In this document: positions 37,601-50,700 of the stretch, one piece after another | Layout: every line of letters starts with the position of its first letter | Numbering within the stretch: position 1 is the first letter of the stretch | NCBI GenBank assembly: GCA_037379345.1 | Contig: CM074513.1 | Coordinates: 13,082,001 to 13,146,000, forward strand | Direction of reading: 5' to 3' | From: Perna viridis | Lineage: Eukaryota | DNA length: 64,000 bases | Position numbers and translations under genes: made by a program | Notes under the pieces: generated by a model | The model's database searches: none | Seen by the model: the letters and a program-made list of their open reading frames with translations, nothing else | What the model was told of the DNA's origin: nothing

Positions 37601-40600
37601 CTGACGACTTGAAAAGAGTCATTATAAATGTTTACTTTTGTCGAGAAATACGGGGGTTAAAACCATGATGATGTCTGTGAAGATTTAGTTGTGGCCTCCT
37701 TCATTTTTGTACAACAAAAAAATGCTGACCAAATCATTAATTTTACAGAGTAGCAATACCCAAGGAGATTACAACGATCTAAGCCTTGCCACTTACCAGT
37801 CGCGTATATAACGATAGAAGGGGTTCTTATCTACATGTATGGAAGGGGGAAATAACTTCCGAAGTTTAGCATGACTTTCACAATATCCACAACAATTATG
37901 TGTTGTGGTAGGAACATCTTGTAAGTTATCAGCGGTGGAACCGGAAATTCCAAAAAGGGAACCCGCTGACTGTCTATGATGGGGCTCACTCCACTGATTT
38001 CCCTTATTTTTCTGTATGATATACCAAAATTTCCCAGCAAGCAGCACCAGGAGGTGCAGAACCCCTTTGGACCCACCTTTGGTTCTGTTCACTGAATTGT
38101 CTTACCCGAGGATTTCCTGTTTCACTGCAATCAGTAGTGCGTGTAATTGATGCAACCTTCAAAATAAAAAAAAATAAAAAAACAACGAGTTTGATGAAGA
38201 ATTATATGACTTTCTCCATTTCAAACAATAACGTAAATTTAGTTGAAAACTAGTCTTATATCCAGACTGGTTTATTGAATAAATTATTAAAGCGAATTAT
38301 GAATTGTGCTGATTATGCGAAAGCTACAGTGTTTCACAAAAAAAAATTATGAGCAAGGTTTTAAGCTGAGACGAAGAACTTGCTTTTTGGTTATTAAAGT
38401 TGAAAAGTTGACCGTATTGACTATGTTTCACATTGATTCTGAACCACTAAATTTAATCTTGACCACTATGCCACAAACCTTTCTATTGCGTATTATCAGA
38501 TGATTGGCTGGGGAAACGACGTGACGACTTGATTGGTCGATAGACTGGTCTGAGGAAAATATAAAGACACCTAGTCCATTACTAGGTGTTAATACTGGAA
38601 CAGATTCCTGAGGCTCAACATTTAGTATCAATGATACAAAATCTGTAATGGGTAATATAGATCATAGAAACATATTGTCAGTGGGCAATCGGTATTGACA
38701 CCAATACAATTACACCGTCACCAGAGTAATATCGTAAATCTCATTTTTATTGTTGACAGTTTTACACTGAGTAGATGTCTTTTTTGGAGAAAAGTATTTC
38801 AATAATCTTATTCTTTGTTGTGTGTGTCTGTTTTCCCTGTCTGGCATTTGTCTATGGGTTGCATTCTTTAAAACTCCTCTAGAATCTTGGTTCCCTTGAT
38901 TACTCTAGTTAAATTGTGATGCTAATAATTTCATTCATAATTTTCTTACAACATTTAACTGAATGATACATTGTTATGCAAAGTCAGGAGTTGGTCTTTT
39001 TCCAATGTCGTAAAGTTTCGGAGGTAATGGTCAATTACTGCTCTCTACACTGAGAATTTTCAATAAAAAATCTAGGTACCACCTTCCCTTTAATTACAAC
39101 ATTGGTAAACAGATCCATTAATGATCACAGCATAGCAATGTCTTTCTGTTAAGCGTCTACTTAAATGCCATAATATTATTATCTTGATATGCCAAGATAC
39201 AGCTTTTTTTTTCGCCATTGAAATGGTAAAGTTGCAAAATATATCGTCTGCAAAGAGTTAAAATGAGAAACTGTCGATAGCAGAAATAAAATTTACGCAC
39301 AACTCTTTGGTACTCAGTGACAGTGATATTATGCATCTCCTGCTATGGATACATCATACGTCGACTAGCCAGGCTGATGTAATGTTTGACGGACGTGTAG
39401 ATATAATACCGCTACATTTACAATTCCCTTTGTACAATACATCATTCATTTATTTAGTATAAACCTACTTCAAAGTCCTTAGGACAGTTGTTATCAGAAA
39501 CAACCCTTAACGTGTAACCTAAGCCTTTAAAAAGGTCACAGAAACGTTTTAAATATTATCAATAATTCATATTCTCCTCGAGCATGTAATTGAAGCAAAG
39601 ACAATATTTCAATTTATTCGCACTTAGAAAATAATTGATTTTTTTTCTGAAACTTTACCTGTGTAACTTGAAGCGTTTAATGTTGCGCAGTTGCCTAGAT
39701 CTTGGTCTGTATTGGTTGTCACGCTGAAAATACAAAAGATACCTAATCAAACGCAAAGAAGATAAAAAAGCTTCATGGAATTTATTGAACTTGAAGGTAT
39801 TTTAGTTAAATCGATGTAAAAATGTTGTGAGCAGTTGTATAGCAAGATGATGGAATACACGTGTTGAAAAGCATGCAGTGAATAATTCTTTCATTAAAAA
39901 GTTCCTTTGTCAACATTTCTACACGTATGGGTAAATGGGAAAATGCTCCATCACCAATTTGTGAATAGTGACTTAGATCGTACTTATTCTAATGGTATTT
40001 TCACTATATAATCTTGCAATATCCAAGCTCTAAATGATACATTTACATATTCAGATATTACGTAATGGGGTGGGGGGGGGGGGTTCGTATATTACTTTGT
40101 ATGTCTTCTTCTTTAGTGATGGAATGTACTTTACGGTCATGTAGAATCCTTACAAATGACTGAAATATCTTGAGATAGGAAAAATAAACAAGGGAAAACA
40201 ATTCTGAAGGTGCCATAACTTGTGTTATTTTTGATTTGTATTGTTTTTTGTTTGATATGGAGTATTTACAGGTTTAGCTTTTCGAAGAACAAAATAATTG
40301 TTAACACGATTATGCGATATTTTTGAAAATTTCTTACGTAAGGTCAAGTAGTTGAATTTGATTTGCTATGTAAGTAAAGTGAGTATATCAGCTTTTCCTT
40401 ACACCTATCAATACAAAAGCATACAAAGAGCATAAAACCACATACTTTCACAAAAAAAAAAAAAAAACTAAACTAAACTAAACAAAACAATAAAAGGGAA
40501 GCACACAATACAAAGTAAATTATCAATGAAATATTAAAAACCAAAATGATTAAACGGTCGGGTTATTACTAAAAGGACATTCACAATGGGCGTGAATTCG

Positions 40601-43600
40601 TGACAGGTTTTCCTATTATGTAAAAATACTTTCAACTAAATGAAAGTCATATCTAGTTTGTAATGGTTTCTTTTGGCATTTAATTGTCTCTACACCTTAT
40701 GATTCTTTAGAAATGATGACAGTCCTTTTCAATCAATTCAACAATGTCGTATATTTATAAAGTGCACATTCATCCTAGATTTATTTGTATCTGCTTACAA
40801 AATGTGCATTACTTTTTCAAATATTTATTTTGATTCTGTTAGTATTCTATTAAAAAAAAACAAAAGTAAAACATACAAACAAAACAAACAAACAAACTAA
40901 ATAATCATGCTTCTTGTAAATGCGTCGCATTCTCTTTGAAATTGATATAACAGATATGGAGGTGATAGTGTACTTGGCATCAGTTGTGAACACTGATTTT
41001 GCGCAACTGACATGAGTGAGACATTTTGAGCATATACTACATTATAGCACTAAAGTAAAAAAAACAAAAAAAAAAACGTTAGAACGTGATCTAAAGTCCA
41101 AGCCATAACAGTAAATAGAAGATTATGAACAACACTCATGAAGACAGGGGGTTAGTCTTATAAATGAAACCAAATTAAAATGGATCAACAGTTAAATTTT
41201 GATGCAGTTTGTTCACTTTCGTGTGTAGTTATGTACTGCCCTCCCCTTGAGTTTCCCTGCCCAACGACAATTGTTCAGACTTAATCGGAAATTGACCTCT
41301 TATTACAATCCGCCTTTCTTCGGTAATGATTTCACGTCTTCAGATGTGTTGAATGATTTCAAGCGACGTTATCAGATTGTCAAATGACGTTATCATTAAA
41401 TTTGATAATGTCCGAGAATTTCGAAAGGCCTGTTTGCAGCGGTTGGTAATAGATGAAACGAAAGACTGCCGCTGCGTGGAGCTTGACTATACAAAATATA
41501 TATATAATCTCGATCCTAAAATATATGGCCCATGATGTAACCTAGTTGTATAATTCAAATTAAATCGCATGACCCCTAAAGCTAATCTTGTTATAAATAT
41601 AAATACAAAATGTATGTAATTTATTAATGCAATCATAATTTCTAATACAGTTGATTTACTGATTACTAAAGCCTGGGAGCATTCGACACAGTAAGAGAAC
41701 AACCATTCCATTTTATTGGCGGAACATGGGTTCCGAGCATATTTGTCAAATAATTAGACAGGACTAAGACCCACAGTACGAATTTAATGAAATTGATCTA
41801 CATGTAACGTCCCAGTTATAACATGCTTTTGCCTTAAAGGTTAATCATTCTAATTTAAAGAATCCAGGAGATTTGATAGTTGCCTCCGCTTTTTCCGCCT
41901 AAGTCAATCTAAACAATATCAATAGTCTATTTAATCATGAATGAGAGTTGCAAATGTCGATTAAAAGCTGTTTTATACATAATAGTGAAATGTGTTAAAA
42001 TATATAATAGATGGCGTGCAGAGCCACTGTCACCAAAATCTCATTTTTTAATGTCTACAGTTCTCCATTTTCAATTTCAACAGATAAAACCTTTTGAAAT
42101 ACATGTATTTCAATAAAACTTAACGTTAAATCTGGTCAAATTGTATTTATTACAGTTATAGCTTTCTCTAAAAGATTAAAAGAATGACACATTGTTATAC
42201 CAAGTCAGAAATTGACCGATTTTTCCAACGCCGAAGAGTGTCGAAAGTATTGGTCAGTTAGAGCTCTCCATACCGAAAAAATTTTGCTTTCCTTATAAAG
42301 TATTGTGGTGGTGGTGGTGGTGTGTGTGTGTAAGGGGGGGGGTCACTATCCGATTTCAGCATAAATTAAAACGCTCCTTTTTATTAGTCATTTAGTTAAA
42401 GAAAAGTATATAATGTTCATTTTTACCGAGTTTAAAAAATTATTTCTATTGAAATACTTTTTTTTTTTAAATGCGTCTTTTGCGAAAAGTAGAATTAAAC
42501 AATGTTGACAGTAAAAATAAATTTTGTGCACAATACTTTGATGACAGTGAATAAATATACTAAGTATGCCCCAAGCGAGTAAGCGTGAGTGTTGTTAAAT
42601 GGCATTTTACTAATAGGCGCGTTTCTATGATGAATCTACCGAATATCTAAATATCTTAGACATCGACGAAAAATTCGTCTGATTCAAGTGGTAAATCGAT
42701 AAAATAGTTTATAATGTCCAAATGATCTTACGTTTATTGTAGTGACTCGTTGAACTACCAAATGTATGAATTCTAGAATAGCGAAAAGATCCAAACCAAA
42801 CTGATAAAAAAGAAGACAAATATAAAGAATTCTCCTACGTAAGGAGCTAAATAAATGAAATCCCGCCCACTTTAAAGTTCAAATATGGAAGAAGCATATA
42901 TAGAAAAACAATGGAAAATGAAAACGAGGTTCAGACATAGGTATACTACAATACGTCCGTTTAAAGATGAGCGTATTAAATGCATATCGTGGTTTTAAAA
43001 TTACAAGTGTGACAGAAACGAAGAAGTAAGCTAATGAGGTATAATTACATGTACATATCATTTAAAAACAAGGATACAATAATTTTTAATAGAAATCCCC
43101 AGTATTCTCTGCGTGTAATGATTCATAAAAAAATAGACATATAACGATATCGCATTGTTTTGACACAATTAAATACTTATATTTCATATTCACTAAATTT
43201 TATGGATGAATTTTAATAACTTGTGTAGGACTACGAGCCTTTTGTACAAACATGCAGTTAATATTTTTGCAAAATCATCAACCTATTAAACGAAATGAAT
43301 AATTTGTTTAAACTTTTTCCTCTGACACTTGAGATGCGACAAACGAATTGTACCTCCCCAACGGGAAGACTAATTACGTACGTTGCGTCAAAGACATATT
43401 GTGTATTATTATATAATTATTCCTTTGTGTCTCTTTGAAGGTTGCGAAATATGTAGATTTCAATAGATACTAAGCGACGTATGTATAAACCTGGTTATTA
43501 GTCATGGACTATGAAATTGAATTAATGAAAACGAAATAAAAACTACCAATTTATGGGCTTATTCAGGAGAATAAAGGGATAAACTATACCAATAAAGTAT

Positions 43601-44999
43601 ACCAAGGTTTAGAATACAAAGTATGCTTGAGACCGGTGTTTCAAAGGACGAAAACGTATAAAGAAGAATATGGTTATAGTAAGGAAAAAATGAATCTTGC
43701 CCTTGTATTGACGACGAACTCGTTATCCATTCGCGTATTTGTATCGTTCGAGAAAAATATATACTCAAACTGGTACCATTCGTGGGAGGATGCATGTGGT
43801 GATCCAGGAATTGAATATGCTATACAGTCAAAGAAATTATGAAACATATCATGCCCTCCATAAATCTAAAGATATACAAAAGAACCCCTTTCTTTGAATA
43901 TTATAGGGAATGAAATCAGGAAGTTTGTAATGCAACCCGGTTACCACAGACAACTTACCACATAGATAAAAACAAACAACTTACAAAGAAAACAAACAAA
44001 CAAATCTACATAGAGTTGCAATAAAATCCTCAACTATAAAATTCTTTACAAGTAATATAATGAAGGACGTACACTGACACATACAGTTACAATAGAAGCT
44101 AATGTTACAACAAAAATCTTTGTAATGTTTTAGTCAATAAAAAAGAATGGGAAAACAAAAAAATTGTGTATATTTTCAAATGAGTATAACAAAATGCACG
44201 CATAACTGTACATATAAGTATTTTACCTTGATTGACAATCTCTTCCATTGCTTTCACGGCACTGGACTACCATGTCGTTTGGCTGATGTCCAAATTGCCG
44301 AATTTCAGACAAAGATGGATTAACAGCATCCCTCCATATTTCAAATCCATATGTCTTACTAGCTCCATACAGACTCTCCCAATCGTCGGACTTCGTCATA
44401 CCAGCATATGGAAGAAAATCGTGGTTAAGGTCGGACACGAAGTCATCAATACCACCACCTAAAGCTCGTTGTAGTATCGGCCAAATTTCTTTAGTTTCCA
44501 ATAATAATTTAGCAGATGAATATTGTTGAGGATTGAATGACCCAAAGTCTATATTGGCAAGTTTTGACAGTCTGGATGATTGCAACAATTTCGACCTTTT
44601 GAAAACATTTAGATTGCATATAGAAATGTACGTAGAAGGAATTCTTTTATTAGAAAGTGTTGAAGATTTGAGCTGTAAATAGTTATCCTGATTAATGTAA
44701 CCGTTGATTGACAAATACAACATAAAAACTAAACCCCCAGCTGAAACCAAAGCGATCAAGAACCACACCGCGCACTCTAGACTGTTTCTAGTCGAACCGG
44801 CGAAGTGCAAGCCATGAATGTCAAGAGCCCGTAACCAGTATTGCATTTTTGCTCTTTTTGAGTTGTTTGATTTTGCACCAAGTGATTTCCATTCGTTCGA
44901 TTGCATTTTTTGGTCTTTCTGTCTTTGCTTATCACTGTCTGTTAGCGAAGTAAAATATCGTTCACATCTATCCTTCCAGTTACTTCCTTCCTCGTCCAT
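34606..44999 (-). CDS. Divergent DEG/ENaC/ASIC-family (amiloride-sensitive-type) ion channel subunit, 9 exons, ~689 aa
   Basis: Exons (minus): 44999-44227, 39723-39659, 38642-38479, 38156-38106, 37483-37381, 37106-37034, 36369-36183, 35896-35772, 35134-34606. All GT-AG and phase-consistent, total 2070 nt. Motifs: pre-TM1 DIHGL, TM1, ISICNLN, GHQPNDMVVQC, GNCATLN, LILNVEPQE, a 10-Cys thumb (DC..CERSC..CQC..C..C..CDCKPKC), WPS, TM2 LLSQIGGLSALFVGMSIISVFQL. Confidence 0.92.
37930..38081. mobile_element. Degenerate GC-rich MITE in channel intron
   Basis: Termini CAGCGGTGGAACC / GGACCCACCTTTG form an imperfect inverted repeat. Confidence 0.45.
38810..38906 (+). mobile_element. Copy 5 of the Penelope-like element (extreme 3' end)
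   Basis: Ends ATCTTGGTTCCCTTGATTACTCT. Confidence 0.8.
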
Positions 45000-46658
45000 T
45001 TTGATACAAACTCTTGATGGGGTTTCTCTATTGTTGTGCTAGGCAGCTGTTCAGGTTTCAAAAGGCTTAGTCGTAGTTGTTCATATACGCATAACTTTCA
45101 AAATGTCTGCTGTTTTTTTTTTATCTATTTGGTAGACAATTTTATATTCTACGCCCGTCTGAATCCGTAAATTAATACAAGATGTCTGATGAAGCCATGG
45201 CCAAATATTTGCCTCTTACAATCGTTAATTCATGAATAAGAGTATGCACCTGAAATTCCGAAACTACGCATACACAGTTTCGGAAGAAATATTGTTAATA
45301 GATCCAAGATTTCTACGAAGTATACATACTAAGTACCCAAAAAACCGCTTTTCGTTTGGGCTATTTAATGGTTTTAAATCCAGCGGTGAACTCCGTCTAC
45401 TAAAATTAACACCCAAGTGTTTTAAAATAGTTGACTTCTTCTGCTAAATACACTTAATCCATATGTTCCGTCTGCATATAAGATTTAGAAGTTAAAAAGC
45501 TAAATTGCAATCCCCGTTACTTCACAGCTAATTGTCACCGTAGAACTATTGTATAGCAAATAACAAATCTCATTTATATTCCACGGTTAGTTGACTCCGA
45601 TTGATTTAAAAATATATATATAAATTCAATAAATCTAATGATGTAACAGTCATTACTAAAAAGATAACTATATATCGCCTGAAGTTTCAAAGACAAGTAC
45701 CCTTAAGACTTTTAAAGCGATTATCACACTGATTAAACCACATTTCCAAAATTAATATAGATCATTTGGAATTTTAGGTATTTTAAAACATCTTTAAATC
45801 AATACTATTTCCAAGGATGTTGTATTCAATAATGGAATCTACAATTCAGTTATATTCTTGCATTTGAATAGTAGCGGGTATTTTATTCGACTTCACACAT
45901 ATCGTCGGTAAACGCCAACAACGAATTCGAATTAGTACATGCTTAAAAATACAATGACATTTTTATTGTGACATTATCTCCCATGAAACAATAGTATTGG
46001 TTTCAAGGTGTAGATTTCAATAAAGAATAATCTTAAAATCTCGTGTCATGTTACATGATCTTTTGACAATGAGTCGCTCATTCATGATACATGATAAAAG
46101 TCACCACGTCATTTAAACAACAGAAATTATGAAATATAAAATTACACTTTTTAATTGTGAAACAATGATTCCATATCGTGTAAAATATTTTAAGCCTGGG
46201 ATAGGCTATCTAAAAACGTCCTTACGTGGCAAAGCATAATCAGCATTTTCAATTCTTTAAACAATCCTGATAAAACGAAATTGATATTTAAATGCACTTA
46301 CACTACAAACTTCCTTCTTGAAATTTATGATTTGATTTTCTTTTAAGTGTAATACTTCAATTGTTGTTCCATTGTTTTATTTTTGTCGATAAAAAACTAT
46401 TAAGTATCAAAAATCAAGTAAAAAACGAGCAAGTTAAAACATCAGGTTTGGATTAACATGTTAATAAAACAAACCAATGAATCATAACCGACTTCCGATG
46501 AACAAACAAATTGCAATCATGTAAATAACATGTTAAATGCACCAAATAGAAACCTGGCTAATCTGAAACCTTTAGTCTAACTTATAAAAATCCTTGGAAT
46601 CATGTTTGATCTGACAATTTTTCGCACTTACAAATTAACATTTGCATTGCTGTTTTCA

Positions 46659-46736
46659 AGAGTAATCAAGGGAACCAAGGTTATAGCGGTAATCAAAAGA
46701 ATGTAATCCAGGGACAAAGACCAGACATGGAAAACA
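46659..46736 (-). mobile_element. Copy 6 of the Penelope-like element (extreme 3' end)
   Basis: AGAGTAATCAAGGGAACCAAGGTTATAGCGGTAATC... is the reverse complement of the shared 3' terminus. Confidence 0.85.
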
Positions 46737-47793
46737 AAATAAAACCTTGAATAAAAACAAAAACAAGAACAGAAACTGCACCTATAAAAGACAAGATTTT
46801 GTAGTCTTGTAGTCTGAATGTTAATGTGTTTGTGAGCAGAAAGATTCCATTGTATATTGGAAGCAAAAAATAAAACACAACTTGAAATATACATTTTCCC
46901 CCTTTTTTTGCACAATATTGGTATACTGTCAACATACTATGAATAAAAAACATTTTTTTGGTCCACAATTACTAAACCATTACTTCTTACAAAAATTAAT
47001 CCAAGCATCCCTTTTCATGATATAAAAGAACCTTGTATTAACACCAGTTCCCTCACTAATGTTTGAGCTAAAATGCAGAAACTAAGTGTCTTTAAACACA
47101 CACCATCACAATTTTATACTATTATTCATCTCAAATTGTTGGAGTGGTAAAAAAAAATCATAGATTTTCAGATCAACTGGAATTACTACTATTAACATAA
47201 GTTGATATTGTGCATATTCTTCAGCAAAATGTTTTGCCAAGGGTTACTCCCCACCATTTTGTAAATCCCTGAATCTGCAACTGTTTGGTAAAAAATAATC
47301 AGACACAACTTATTTTTATTTTTATAGTACATTCTTGTCCTTTTTGATATTAGTGTCTGCCTCTGTAAGAATCAGGCAGTGGATGAAACATGGTATGAAA
47401 AAACCCAACATTTTGAAAAGTTAATTTAGACTATTTGCACCATCAGAATCAAGGGAGAAAAGACAAGATTGTCCATATCATTTTGGTAAATTGAGTTATA
47501 ATTTCATTGAAATGCTCTGAAAATGAACATTTCAATGGCAGATAAGGTTGTCAAAAACCTAATTTATCTAACATTCTATAGACAAAGTTTTGAGAAAATC
47601 CAGTGATGCAGAGATCACATAATAGTCTTTTCAAATTGAGAAAGCATCATTGTATCAGATCATCGGATTTTTGATATGCATGTTTCTGATTTTTCCCATT
47701 TTGCCTGATTCTTCCAAAAACTTACACTAAAATACTCCACGTCTGCTCATAAGTGACAGTATCAACACCACATTTTTAAAAACAGATACAATA

Positions 47794-50700
47794 TCAAGAA
47801 TCTTTAATTCTTTCAACAGGATTGAAAAATTTTTGTAAACAATATGGTATAACAACAGTAACAATATTGGTCATAGTGAAGAATTTTAGGAATCCTCCGG
47901 CATAAAACACAGCTTCATTCTGATGAGGGATTTTGTAAGCCTCAAGGGACAGTGTCACTACAATACTGAGAAAGATCTGTAGAATTTTAGCTGAGGGTCT
48001 TCTTAACTCTCTGTCAACACGAAAGCATTTGGCTAAAAAGAGGGCAACTCCAAAACCTGTAAAGAGAGAATATAACAATGTTATTAATTAAATCTCATAA
48101 AACAAAATGAGTAGTATATAACAATGATTCCCTGCTTGGCACTTTTCAGTCTGACATTAAAAAACATTAACTTTTAAATGTTCACATAAGACAATCAAGG
48201 TTCAATTCTTGGTTCTCAGGCGATTTCTCATAAAAATCAATGAGTGAGACAGACAATATATTTTTCCAACCACTTAAAATCTAAAAAAGTGGTAAGGTAT
48301 CTATTTGATTTTGTATTTTTAATGTGTTTTTTTTTGTGTGTTTGTTATGGGTAATGAGTCAACTTAAAAGAGTAGGGCAGGACCAGAGAAGCTACTTACC
48401 TTAATATAATTATGATATATGTTTCATGATGATAAGACAAATCTTCAAAATCAACCTAAGGTGAGATAGATGACAGATATGCACACTGACCAAAAACATA
48501 CAGAATAACTAGAGTTTTGAAATTTAGACAGAAAATATATGTCACGAGGCTCGAAATTGGTGTTTTTCTGTTACAGTCCCTGAATCAATCCATTCAGCTA
48601 TTTGAGAAATTGATCACAGTCGGTATATCACACAGTTATAGTTAAAGGGATTGGTTCAGGTACTGTTATGAGCAATGTTACAGTCAACAAGGGGAATACT
48701 GTCAACAGAAATTTCTGATATTTTTTAGTACCACTGCAGTAGCCTCATATGTTCCCATATATAACATGGTTGCCTTTGTATAGAAAAGTTCGAGAATATA
48801 TAGAAAGTGGGGCTGTTTTTCATGAAATACTCTATTTTCCTTTTGAGACTTGTAGTCTCTTGTACTGGGCAAACCTATATATAATAATTTTCTAACACTG
48901 TATTCAGACTTTTTTTCTAATTTTATTAGTGAAGGGGAAGGTGGAAATGTAGAAACCAATTTTATGTACCTTTTTCCCTTACCTGATAATGTTGATATAT
49001 CTCTGTCTACACTGAAGAACAAAGAAGTATCTGGATGAACCCAGTCCTCTTTGGCACACCACTTCACAGCCTTGGCAATGGACCAAAAGGGGTCAAGGCC
49101 AATAGAAAGTATCGAAAAATAGGTCACTGCAACCATGATCAGTAATATTATCGACCAACCAAGATAGTGTCTTAAACTTAATTTGGATACATGTTCATGC
49201 TTGATGACTTCTCCAAGAATAATTCCTGTAATTAGAGAAACAAATGTGTATTATTACATAGATGGGTATAACTTGCAGATTTTTCATGTCAGGAGACTAA
49301 ATTTACTTTCAAGAGTGGAAGGTACTGGACTTTTTGAAGTTTCAAATCAAAGGTCCACTTGAGTAAATCAAAAGCCTAAAAAGGTGTCAATGAATAATTA
49401 AAATAGCTGAAAGTCCCAGACATGAGTAAATGAATTTCCCAGACCTCAGACCTCAGACCCAGCAAATTTGCAACCCCTGTAAGTGTATGTAAAATCAAGA
49501 GTCGCAATCAATAACTTATTATTTATTCTTAATTATTTTCCTGTAAAAATGTCATAAAAACTGCTTTCAGATCATGTGACATTGTTTACAGTGGAGTGCA
49601 GGTAAAAGACTTTTAATTAAGTACTTCTCTGTATAAGAATCAGACAAAATGTGTATAAGTTGTGGCACAACTTAAAAAAAAATAATTCAATTATCCAAGT
49701 ATTTATACCTGATAACCTGCAGAAATAACCATCAAAACGTTTGTAAAGTTTGCCTTCGTAAATATTTATAGGTCAAATTTAGTTGAAATGCACTATGGGA
49801 AAATGGTGGTAAAATTTTCCTGTACTTTTTCCCTACATAAGCAGTAAAAAAATATCACAGATAATTCATCATAAATTTAAATAGGTTTTCAGTTGGTTAG
49901 ATGTATTGAATGTATTTGAGACATAAAGACCAAATTGAGAAACATTATGTTCCATCTATTGCCTGATTCTTACACAAATTTGGAATCTATATAGTAATAG
50001 GATATTTAATTGGAAATCGCCACTATCGTAACTGTTGCCCCTCATGACAAAGAACTAATGTAATAAAACTTGCACAGTGAACAAGCTCTGTGCACTTGTT
50101 CAATCATTGCATTCTTAAGAGCTAATGGAAATATTCACGACATTATCCAATGAATATTTTAACTTGCTGAACTCATCTTTTAAATAACTATAAATTCAAT
50201 ACTCAAATATGGACTCCACAAGCTTCAACTATAAATCTTGTGGATTTTGCCAAATTTAATTGTCTATCTAAATTGTCTTCATTCACTTTCCGAAGAAATT
50301 ATATTTTCATAAATTGATGATACAAATAAAAACAATTTGACCACATTTGTCTGTATGATGGGAGGGGTTCCTTGTAAAAACATGTTTCAGTAGTGTACTT
50401 CAAAAATAAGTTCAAAGGGACATAACTAATAAAAAAAAATTAAGGTATAAAAATTTCCTGATAATATATATAACTACATATTGTGCCCTTACTACAAACC
50501 AAGATTGATGAAATTTTGCTTCATAGTACGAGGGTTACAATGATAAAAGAGGACTGGTGGATGGAGAAACATTAAAAAAAACATTTTACAGTCCATACAT
50601 CACTGCATGGGATATACTAAATGAGTTATATGGCAGGAGTTAATAATAAATAGCATGAAATTGATATACCTGTACATGCACAGACATGTGAGTTATCGTA

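Noticed and set aside
37793-38092. Cys-containing ORF (HNCCGYC) as the channel thumb exon
   Set aside because: Its phase creates a TGA when joined to the next exon and it overlaps a MITE. The real thumb exon is 37483-37381.
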